This document shows positions 48,678 through 56,719 of a stretch of 64,000 nt of DNA, piece by piece. The number at the start of each line of letters is the position of its first letter. Position 1 is the stretch's first letter. The notes beneath the pieces were generated by a model. The model was given only the letters and a program-made list of their open reading frames with translations. It was not told the DNA's origin and did not search any database. A program made the translations under genes and the position numbers. Source of the DNA: Bacteroidales bacterium (lineage in GTDB: Bacteria > Bacteroidota > Bacteroidia > Bacteroidales > UBA4417); NCBI GenBank assembly GCA_016707705.1, contig JADJHD010000020.1:8918-72917 (forward strand). Direction: 5' to 3'.

Positions 48678-49535
48678 ATGGAAAAAGAGAAAAAGTCCGT
48701 AGCAGGTTGGTCAGTGGTAGCAGCTGTGTTCCTTACAGGTTTCAAGCTTATTGTCGGGCTATTTACCGGAAGCTTGGGAATCCTGTCGGAAGCATTGCAT
48801 TCCGGCCTTGACCTGGTTGCAGCTGTTATAACCTATTTTTCTGTTAGAATCTCCGATAAACCAGCAGATATAAAACACCCATACGGACATGGAAAGGTTG
48901 AGAATCTTTCTGCCCTGCTCGAAACATTGCTATTGATAATTACATGCTTTTGGATAATCTATGAAGCTGTTGAGCGACTTGCGTCCGGGAAAACACATAT
49001 CGAGGTTAATATCTGGAGTTATATTGTTGTCGTGACATCCATCGTGGTGGACTATACCAGGTCCCGGGCATTGTACAGAACGGCCCGAAAATACAACAGT
49101 CAGGCTCTTGAAGCGGATGCATTGCATTTCTCAACAGATATCTGGAGCTCTTCCGTAGTATTGATAGGCCTGATCTGCGCCAACTTTGGCTACCATATAG
49201 CTGATCCAATTGCAGCACTAGGCGTTGCAGCAATAGTGCTGGTTGTTTCTTTCAAACTGGGAGAAAGAGCAGTAAATGTACTTTTAGATACAAGTCCAGC
49301 TCCGGCGAGGGAAGAAATAGCTGCTTTATTGGACGACACAACAGGAATATTAGCATACAATGACCTTAAAGTCAGGGTATCAGGTGCTGATACATTTGTA
49401 AATGTAACCCTGAAATTTGAACCTTCACTTAGCCTGGAAGCTGCACACAGGCTTTCTGATACTATTGAAGAACAGATTCATCAAAGGATTGAGCGCTGCA
49501 ATGTTCATATCCATTATGAACCAGCATCAAGTTAA
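48678..49535 (+). CDS. Cation diffusion facilitator (CDF) family divalent-metal efflux transporter
   Basis: Six TM helices with CDF motifs (SEALHSGLDL, HFSTDIWSS) and a C-terminal cytoplasmic domain; 285 aa. Confidence 0.8.
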   Translation: MEKEKKSVAGWSVVAAVFLTGFKLIVGLFTGSLGILSEALHSGLDLVAAVITYFSVRISDKPADIKHPYGHGKVENLSALLETLLLIITCFWIIYEAVERLASGKTHIEVNIWSYIVVVTSIVVDYTRSRALYRTARKYNSQALEADALHFSTDIWSSSVVLIGLICANFGYHIADPIAALGVAAIVLVVSFKLGERAVNVLLDTSPAPAREEIAALLDDTTGILAYNDLKVRVSGADTFVNVTLKFEPSLSLEAAHRLSDTIEEQIHQRIERCNVHIHYEPASS

Positions 49536-49562
49536 ATTTTTCGATAACTAAAATTCTGCAAA

Positions 49563-50270
49563 ATGAGAACTTACGTTTGGAGTCTGCCAACCAGAATATT
49601 TCATTGGTTGCTCGTAATTGGAGTTGTACTGGCTTATGTGCTTGGAGAGGAAGAGGAGCTTTTAAATCTGCATTCCTCCATCGGATATGCCCTGGGTATT
49701 TTAATGCTGTTCCGAATTCTTTGGGGTCTTGCAGGACCTTTATATTCAAGATTCCGGGATTTCCCCATCAGCTTGAAAAATCTGATGTTCTTTTTCAAAA
49801 CCTTAGGTAATAGAAAATCCGGGTTCATTGGTCATAATCCGGCAGCCTCACTGATCATGCTGGCAATTATACTGGATGTTTTGTGCATTGTTGGAACGGG
49901 AATAATAATGATGTCATCAAGAGGAGAAGGTCTCTTCGGAAATTTCACCCCGGGATTTGACCCTGAAACCTATAAGGAATTGCATGAAGTATTTGTCAAC
50001 TTCCTGATAATCATAATTATTATGCACCTTTTGGGACTGGCAACCGACTTCTTTTTCCATCCCAAGGACAGAACAATACTTTCAATGTTCAATGGTTATA
50101 AAAATCTTGAAGGACCTAAAGTAAAAGTGAACAGTATCCAATGGATACTTGCAATAATCGGAATAACTGCAGCATTTACAATAATACCCTATTCACTGCT
50201 AAACCAGCAAATCAATCCTGAAAATAACCAATCTGAACAGTCAGAATTTGAAGAAATGGATGAGGATTGA
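49563..50270 (+). CDS. Cytochrome b (b561 / Ni-Fe-hydrogenase b-type subunit family) membrane protein
   Basis: The N-terminus WSLPTRIFHWLLVIGVVLAYVLG is typical of this family. Four TM helices carry conserved His residues. Confidence 0.7.
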   Translation: MRTYVWSLPTRIFHWLLVIGVVLAYVLGEEEELLNLHSSIGYALGILMLFRILWGLAGPLYSRFRDFPISLKNLMFFFKTLGNRKSGFIGHNPAASLIMLAIILDVLCIVGTGIIMMSSRGEGLFGNFTPGFDPETYKELHEVFVNFLIIIIIMHLLGLATDFFFHPKDRTILSMFNGYKNLEGPKVKVNSIQWILAIIGITAAFTIIPYSLLNQQINPENNQSEQSEFEEMDED

Positions 50271-50335
50271 TTAACTGCATTACAATAGTGCAATCTTCAG
50301 GGAAACTTACAAACTTGTGGGATTGCTAACATTCT

Positions 50336-50374
50336 ACCGGTCAGAATTAATAGTGGATAATAATTCTGGCCGGT
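50336..50374 (+). terminator. Hairpin terminator candidate after the cytochrome b gene
   Basis: 14-bp stem ACCGGTCAGAATTA / TAATTCTGGCCGGT with one G-U pair and a 10-nt loop. The tail is T/A-rich. Confidence 0.55.
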
Positions 50375-50526
50375 TTAATTCAATGAAGGAACAGCGGCAT
50401 AGTATAGGCTGTCAGAAATTAGACCTGCGAAAATTGAGGTCAGGACATTTTGAGCACTCACCTTATTAATGAAATGCTAAAATCTTCCAGCCGACTTATC
50501 TAATATGTCACATATATAATACTGAC

Positions 50527-50534
50527 TATATTTG
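50527..50534 (+). promoter_or_regulatory. -7 box (TAnnTTTG)
   Basis: TATATTTG lies 53 nt upstream of the ATG at 50587. Confidence 0.4.
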
Positions 50535-50586
50535 CAGTTCTAAACCATGCTCATACTACTAATCCAATCAACTGCATACTTCTGCT

Positions 50587-51360
50587 ATGAAAACATCAGA
50601 AAAAAACAAGAGTCAAAATAAACGTATTTTACTGATAACCATGAGCCTGGCTTTAGTTATCCTTACATTTTCATGTAGTCATGGAAGTACCGCCTCAATC
50701 AATCTCAAGGAGAAGGGAATATTTCAGGCAACTGTTAGTGAAGTACTGCAATCAAAAGGATACACCTATTTGAAGGTTCAGGAGGAGAAAACGGAGAAAT
50801 GGCTTGTCGTTCCAACTATCAATATCAGCATCGCATCAAAGGTTTATTACAGAGAAGGTTTCAGGATGACAGAGTTTTCAAGCAAGGAGTTGAACAGGTC
50901 TTTCAGTGAGGTATACTTTCTTGAAACGATTGCAACCGATCCTGCACAATTATCAATTGATACTTTGCCTGTTCCCTCTAAATCTGTGCATCAGGAAATG
51001 AATTCGCCTGCAGCACAGGAAGATACTGTTATCAACAATCCGAATCAGGTTCCAATTTCTGACGGCAACAAGATTACTATTGAAAGTATATACAGAAATA
51101 AAGAAACTCTAAACGGTAAACTTGTGGTGATAAGTGGTAAAGTGACAAAATTCAATGAACGCATCATGGGAAAAAACTGGATCCATATTCAGGATGGCAG
51201 CAGCTTTGACAAATATAATGACCTCACTGTCACCACCAGGGAAACAGTAAAAGTCGGAGAAACCGTAAAACTCCAGGGGAAGTTGGTGTTAAACCAGGAT
51301 TTCGGATACGGATATTCCTATGAAATACTTCTCGAGGAAGCCATAATAATTACACAATAG
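50587..51360 (+). CDS. Lipoprotein with two OB-fold-like halves; paralogue of 38480..39211
   Basis: Lipobox ...LTFSC. Both halves align with 38480..39211, for example ISGKVTKFNERIMGKNWIHIQDGS...QGKLVLNQDFGYGY. Confidence 0.55.
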   Translation: MKTSEKNKSQNKRILLITMSLALVILTFSCSHGSTASINLKEKGIFQATVSEVLQSKGYTYLKVQEEKTEKWLVVPTINISIASKVYYREGFRMTEFSSKELNRSFSEVYFLETIATDPAQLSIDTLPVPSKSVHQEMNSPAAQEDTVINNPNQVPISDGNKITIESIYRNKETLNGKLVVISGKVTKFNERIMGKNWIHIQDGSSFDKYNDLTVTTRETVKVGETVKLQGKLVLNQDFGYGYSYEILLEEAIIITQ

Positions 51361-51409
51361 GTAGTCATATTCAACAATAAATCAATCCTTAAACTTTCAG
51401 TTCCATAAC

Positions 51410-52015
51410 ATGAGCAAACTATTAGGAATACTATCAGTAGCTGGCTTTTGTCTATTGATAGCAACACTTACTTCCTGTCAGGACAATAGTTCAGGTAAGA
51501 AGAACGATGTTGCAGATAATCAAAACGTTAAACAGCTTTCAACTCTTTCAGTCGAAAATCCCGAAGAAATGGAAAAAGCATTGGTTAATGACTCTCTTAA
51601 TACAGAAATAAGGTTAAGGCTAGCAGCCCATTACTATTCGGCCCAAGACCTGAATAAAGCATTATACCATAATTTAACCGTCAACAGGATTTCTCCCGAC
51701 AATATGGCTGCCACTTTTAACCTGGGCAATATTTATTATGATTTGAATCAGAATGAACCGGCTATCCGATTCTATGAGAAATTCCTGACTGTTGAGAAGA
51801 CCAATTGCAACGTTCGCTGCGATCTGGCAACCTGCTATATGAGATTAAACAAGCTGGATAAGGCAGAGAAATTGTTAAAGGAAAATACTTCAATTGATTT
51901 CAATCATCCCCAGTCACATTATAACCTGTCAATGGTACTAAAGCAGATGGGAAAAACTGCAGAAGCTGAAAAGGAAATGAAAATTTATCAGGATATGAGT
52001 TCGAAAAGCAATTGA
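51410..52015 (+). CDS. TPR-repeat lipoprotein
   Basis: Lipobox LTSC. It carries 3-4 TPR-like units (LGNIYYDLNQNEPAIRFYEKFL, LATCYMRLNKLDKAEKLL, NLSMVLKQMGKTAEAEKE). Confidence 0.7.
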   Translation: MSKLLGILSVAGFCLLIATLTSCQDNSSGKKNDVADNQNVKQLSTLSVENPEEMEKALVNDSLNTEIRLRLAAHYYSAQDLNKALYHNLTVNRISPDNMAATFNLGNIYYDLNQNEPAIRFYEKFLTVEKTNCNVRCDLATCYMRLNKLDKAEKLLKENTSIDFNHPQSHYNLSMVLKQMGKTAEAEKEMKIYQDMSSKSN

Positions 52016-52414
52016 TAAGCATCCTGAAATTGATGAGAACAGCCGACTCTCAGAAGCTGTAATAGGAATATAATTTAATCGGAACCATGTCTGCAAAGTA
52101 CCAAGGCCCTTCCGGACATTCTAACATCAAACCAAACCCATCGAACAAAGGGCTATGTTTCTGGCTCAGAGGTTCCTTAATGGGTTAGCTTATTGATGAA
52201 TCATGAAAACTGGTAAACTGCCTTTAAACTGTATCCCAACGATAATTATCCCTCCCTGTTGATCCCTTCAAAGTTCAAGAATGAAATAAACCTGCAATTC
52301 TGCCTGCCAGATAGCATTGGATTCAGCAGTACAACTGCTGCCAAATGGGATTTCACAATAAAACATGAATTATTATTATATTTATCTCGCTAATTGACAA
52401 ACACTTAACCTTTC

Positions 52415-52429
52415 TGGCGATTGATTTGA
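52415..52429 (+). promoter_or_regulatory. Sigma-54-like -24/-12 element TGGC-N7-TTGA upstream of the NHL / 12-haem genes
   Basis: TGGCGATTGATTTGA has correct -24/-12 spacing. It overlaps the listed TTG start at 52426, which argues for the ATG at 52516. Confidence 0.35.
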
Positions 52430-52515
52430 TAAATCGTAGCATGAAATTTGCACAATACCCTGAGCACTATAAAAAACTCATTACTACAAGTGTTTACTGC
52501 CCAACCTCAGAATAC

Positions 52516-53538
52516 ATGATCAAGTCATTGAAAATCATACTGGTAATAGCATTTGTTCTGGGTCTCCAGACACAGTATAGTTTGGCTCAAATAACTGACG
52601 AGCCGCCATTAAATGACTCAATTACTAAGGTTGATATAAAATGGACAGGCACCTGGCCTCCTGAAGACCAACCTGCCAAAGCCAGAAGCCTGAGAAACAG
52701 CTTCAATTCAATTGTGCTGGGAATGCAAACCCCAGAATTGGTAAACCCTGTAGCTATTCTGGCCAATAGTCCGGATGATTATCTGATTCTTGACCAGGCT
52801 AACCGAACAATTTTTCAGATCTCAGGAAAATTGGGTGATATCCCCCAATTTATGAAAAAGAACACCTATGATCTTGCCTCCCTGGTTGGCATTTGCTCAG
52901 GACCTAATTCCAGCGTACTATTCACTGACTCATATTCGGGACAGGTTTTTATAAAAAAGTCAGGTCACAAGCGGCCGGAACTGCTTAATGATTCACTAAA
53001 GTTGCAGCAACCTACAGGGATAGCTTATTTAGAGCAAGAGCATCAGATCTGGGTACTTGAAACCAAGGAGCATTCCATAGCAATACTTGATGAAAGTGGA
53101 AACAGAATTGGGAAAATTGGAAAAAGAGGAAATGCCAAAGGTGAATTTAACTTTCCAACACATATCTGGGCAGATGCTAAAGGCTTGGTTTACATAACCG
53201 ATGCCATGAATTTCAGGGTACAGGTTTTCAATTCGAATGGTGAAGTAGTTTCTGTATTCGGACAGGTTGGAGATGCTTCAGGATTTATGGCAAGGCCTAA
53301 GGGAATAGCAACTGATTCACATGGAAACATTTATGTAGTGGATGCTTTATTCCATACTGTTCAGGTATTTGACCTGAATGGAAGATTGCTCATCAGTTTT
53401 GGAAATCAGGGTCATGGGAACGCTGAGTTCTGGATGCCTACCGGAATTTTTATTGACAAACAGGACCATATTTTTGTCGCAGACACCTATAATTCAAGAG
53501 TACAGATTTTTCAAATAACTCACGAAGACAGAAAATGA
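52516..53538 (+). CDS. NHL-repeat beta-propeller protein (secreted)
   Basis: Signal peptide MIKSLKIILVIAFVLGLQTQYSLAQ. It carries NHL units (GEFNFPTHIWADAKGLVYITDAMNFRVQVF, ARPKGIATDSHGNIYVVDALFHTVQVF, WMPTGIFIDKQDHIFVADTYNSRVQIF). Confidence 0.8.
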   Translation: MIKSLKIILVIAFVLGLQTQYSLAQITDEPPLNDSITKVDIKWTGTWPPEDQPAKARSLRNSFNSIVLGMQTPELVNPVAILANSPDDYLILDQANRTIFQISGKLGDIPQFMKKNTYDLASLVGICSGPNSSVLFTDSYSGQVFIKKSGHKRPELLNDSLKLQQPTGIAYLEQEHQIWVLETKEHSIAILDESGNRIGKIGKRGNAKGEFNFPTHIWADAKGLVYITDAMNFRVQVFNSNGEVVSVFGQVGDASGFMARPKGIATDSHGNIYVVDALFHTVQVFDLNGRLLISFGNQGHGNAEFWMPTGIFIDKQDHIFVADTYNSRVQIFQITHEDRK

Positions 53539-55208
53539 AAAAACTCGAACTGCTAATTATACTGACCATCATAGGCGCTTTATCAACTCAGGCGCAATCT
53601 GTTGTTAACACCAAGCACAACCTTTCCATAAGTGGACCCGGATCTGTTAAGGCAATTTCAGAGGATGAAATCTGTGTGTTTTGCCATACTCCTCATAACA
53701 GCCGTCCTGTTGCTCCACTTTGGAACAGGAATGATCCTGGTACCACCTACACTTTATATGCGAGTTCCACCTTACAGGCTTTGCCCGGACAACCTGATGG
53801 CTCCTCCATTCTGTGTCTTTCATGCCATGACGGCACAGTTGCTCTCGGCAGCGTCATAAGCAGACCTTCCACCATACCTATGAATGGTGGAAATTTTATG
53901 CCTGCCGGTGTAGGAAATCTGGGAAACAACCTTAAAAACGACCACCCCATATCATTCAGTTACACATCCGCCCTGGCTGCAGCTGACGGACAGCTAAAAA
54001 CTCCTGCCAGCATTACACCTCCTGTGAATCTCAGGAATGGCAAGGTCCAATGTACTTCCTGCCATGAACCTCATAAAAACCTGTACTCTGATTTTCTGCT
54101 GGCCAGTACACAAAACTCCAACCTCTGCAATAGTTGCCATCAAAGAACCTACTGGACAACCAGTTCGCATAATACTTCTGTAAAAACATGGAATGGAACC
54201 GCACCGGATCCATGGCCCTATTCACCCTGGACAACAGTAGCTGAAAATGGTTGTGAGAATTGTCATAATCCTCATAATTCAAACAGCACCAAATTGTTGT
54301 TGAAATACTCCACTGAAGAAAACAATTGCCTCGATTGTCACAATGGAAATGCATCTACAAAAAACATTGCGGCTCAGTTTGCCAAGGCATATAAGCACAA
54401 TATTACCAGTTATAATGGTATTCATGACGCCAATGAAGCCGCACAGATAACAAATATGCATTCGGAATGTGTTGATTGCCATAATCCTCATGCAGCAAGA
54501 AACCAGGCTGCAACAGCACCTGCCGTCAACGGATTCCTGCTGGGGGTTAAGGGAATCAATCAGAGTGGCACAGCTGTTAACCCGGCAACCAACTCCTATG
54601 AAATCTGCTACCGCTGCCATGCAGGTAGTGCAGGTGCACCTGCAGCTTCAACCCCAAGGGTCATTGTTCAAAACAATGTCAGGCTTGAATTTGCACCAGG
54701 CAACCCCTCCTATCATTCAGTTGCTGCTGTTGGCGTGAACACTACCGTTCCCAGTCTTATTGCACCCTGGACAACCAGCAGCAGGATGTATTGTACTGAC
54801 TGCCATGCAAGTGATGGCACTGGCTCACCAGCCGGCCCTCATGGCTCCATCTACCCGCATATCCTGAAAAGGCAGAACAATACAACTGATAACACCGCGG
54901 AATCCGCTGCAGCTTATGCCTTATGCTATGGATGTCATAATCGCACCTCCATTCTTGGAGATATATCTTTCAAAGAGCATTCCAAGCATATTGTGGGCGA
55001 AAGAACACCCTGTATTACCTGCCATGACCCGCATGGAATCAGCAGCACCCAGGGAAACAGTACCAATAACTCAAATCTGATAAACTTTTGGACAACAGTT
55101 GTAACCAACAGTTCCGGCGGAATCCGTAGATTTGATGATCAGGGAAATTTTAAGGGAAGATGCTATCTCACCTGCCATGGAGAGAACCATAATCCGCTGA
55201 GTTACTAA
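53535..55208 (+). CDS. Multihaem c-type cytochrome, 12 sites (11 CxxCH + 1 CxxxCH)
   Basis: Has a signal peptide. The CxxCH(T/N/E/D)PH motif recurs. The N-terminal ~200 aa are paralogous to 58510..59130. Its ATGA start overlaps the NHL gene's stop. Confidence 0.88.
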   Translation: MKKLELLIILTIIGALSTQAQSVVNTKHNLSISGPGSVKAISEDEICVFCHTPHNSRPVAPLWNRNDPGTTYTLYASSTLQALPGQPDGSSILCLSCHDGTVALGSVISRPSTIPMNGGNFMPAGVGNLGNNLKNDHPISFSYTSALAAADGQLKTPASITPPVNLRNGKVQCTSCHEPHKNLYSDFLLASTQNSNLCNSCHQRTYWTTSSHNTSVKTWNGTAPDPWPYSPWTTVAENGCENCHNPHNSNSTKLLLKYSTEENNCLDCHNGNASTKNIAAQFAKAYKHNITSYNGIHDANEAAQITNMHSECVDCHNPHAARNQAATAPAVNGFLLGVKGINQSGTAVNPATNSYEICYRCHAGSAGAPAASTPRVIVQNNVRLEFAPGNPSYHSVAAVGVNTTVPSLIAPWTTSSRMYCTDCHASDGTGSPAGPHGSIYPHILKRQNNTTDNTAESAAAYALCYGCHNRTSILGDISFKEHSKHIVGERTPCITCHDPHGISSTQGNSTNNSNLINFWTTVVTNSSGGIRRFDDQGNFKGRCYLTCHGENHNPLSY

Positions 55209-55235
55209 ACTTGGGTCAAATAAGGAATAATCAGG

Positions 55236-56681
55236 ATGAAGTCCTTTAGTTTCAGGGTTAAGATAATTGGAATGATTGTAATAGTGGTAACGCTGTTTTC
55301 GGTTATCTCATTTACAGTATTCAATTTTTACCTGAAGGACAAACTTATCACCCATACAGAGGAGACTTACAATCACATGAATCTCCTTCGTGATCAGTAT
55401 TACTTTACAATCAGCCAGCATGATGGTAAGGTTATCCGGTCCATGCTTAAAAATCTGGAACAGGATCCTGATGTACTCAGAACTTTCCTTATTAATAGCA
55501 AACGGAAACTTGTCTATCCCAAAAACCATAAGACTCCGGGTATTGATTCAGCAAATGTTGAACAGTACTTCAGCAGCCGGAAAGATATATCCATTGTCTC
55601 ATTCAGCAAGGAAAATCCTCCTTATTCCAGAGTTTTCATCCGACTGCAGAACATTGAGTCATGTCAGGAGTGCCATAACCCTTCGACCAAAGCACTTGGT
55701 TTGATTGTCATGGATCTTTCAAACCATGAAACTCAAAGCATAGTAAACCTGACCAAAAATTTCAGCATTTTCTATACCATTGCCATTCTGCTGGCCATCT
55801 TTACAATGGTAGCCTATCTTCACTTTAAGTATATCCGGAAAAGCATGCAGCAATTCCGGGCTGCCATTAGACGAATAAACAAAGGCGATCTGGAAAAACG
55901 TCTTGATATACCTGAAGTAAGGGAACTGGGAAGTCTGGGAAGGGATTTCAATGAAATGATGGCGACATTTGAAAGAACACAGTACCAGCTTCGGGAGTAT
56001 CATGAAAAGGAGCTTCAGAATACGCAGAAACTAGCTACAATAGGTGAAATGTCGGCAAGAATTGCTCACGAAATCAGAAATCCGGTCACCGGAATTGCCA
56101 GAGCAATGGAGGTCATTATAACTGAAATGAAGGATTCAGCCAATAAGCCGATTCTTGAAGAAATCCAGCGACAGGCAAATCGGGTCAATCAGGCAATTAC
56201 CAATCTATTGCGTTTCTCCAGGACAAAGGAACTGATACTGGAAAAAGGGAATATTAATGACATCCTGAAGTCTGTAACCTTCTTCCTTCAAAACCAATCA
56301 CTTGAAAAATCAGTGAGATTTGAGCTTCAAACAGATGATCTGCTTCCAAAAGTTTCATTTGATCACGAACAATTAGAGAATGTAATCATGAATTTGATTA
56401 TCAACTCAATACAATCTATTCAGGAGGAGGGAGTTATCATCATAAAATCATCTTTCATCGATAAAAAGAACAAGGTACTGATCTCTATTTCTGATAATGG
56501 CAAAGGGATTCCGGAGGAAGCAGCAGCTGAAATATTCAAGCCATTTTTTACGACGAGAACTAAGGGAACAGGACTGGGACTTGCAATCAGCAAGGATATT
56601 ATTCAGAAGCACGAAGGAGAAATATGGTTTAAAAATAATGAGGATTCAGGCTGTACCTTCTTCTTAACTTTACCTGCCTGA
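55236..56681 (+). CDS. Sensor histidine kinase with a periplasmic domain carrying one CxxCH (putative c-haem sensor), HAMP, HisKA and HATPase
   Basis: Two TM helices flank a ~145-aa loop containing SCQECHNPS. HAMP follows (INKGDLEKRLDIP), then the H-box ARIAHEIRNP and G-boxes DNGKGIP / GTGLGLAI. Confidence 0.85.
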   Translation: MKSFSFRVKIIGMIVIVVTLFSVISFTVFNFYLKDKLITHTEETYNHMNLLRDQYYFTISQHDGKVIRSMLKNLEQDPDVLRTFLINSKRKLVYPKNHKTPGIDSANVEQYFSSRKDISIVSFSKENPPYSRVFIRLQNIESCQECHNPSTKALGLIVMDLSNHETQSIVNLTKNFSIFYTIAILLAIFTMVAYLHFKYIRKSMQQFRAAIRRINKGDLEKRLDIPEVRELGSLGRDFNEMMATFERTQYQLREYHEKELQNTQKLATIGEMSARIAHEIRNPVTGIARAMEVIITEMKDSANKPILEEIQRQANRVNQAITNLLRFSRTKELILEKGNINDILKSVTFFLQNQSLEKSVRFELQTDDLLPKVSFDHEQLENVIMNLIINSIQSIQEEGVIIIKSSFIDKKNKVLISISDNGKGIPEEAAAEIFKPFFTTRTKGTGLGLAISKDIIQKHEGEIWFKNNEDSGCTFFLTLPA

Positions 56682-56719
56682 AAAAGAGATTGAATTGATT
56701 TAAAAACTGCTTAAGATAG

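Noticed and set aside
52426-52515. N-terminal extension of the NHL gene from the listed TTG start (or the ATG at 52441)
   Set aside because: The extension lacks signal-peptide character and overlaps the candidate promoter element. The ATG at 52516 gives a clean signal peptide.
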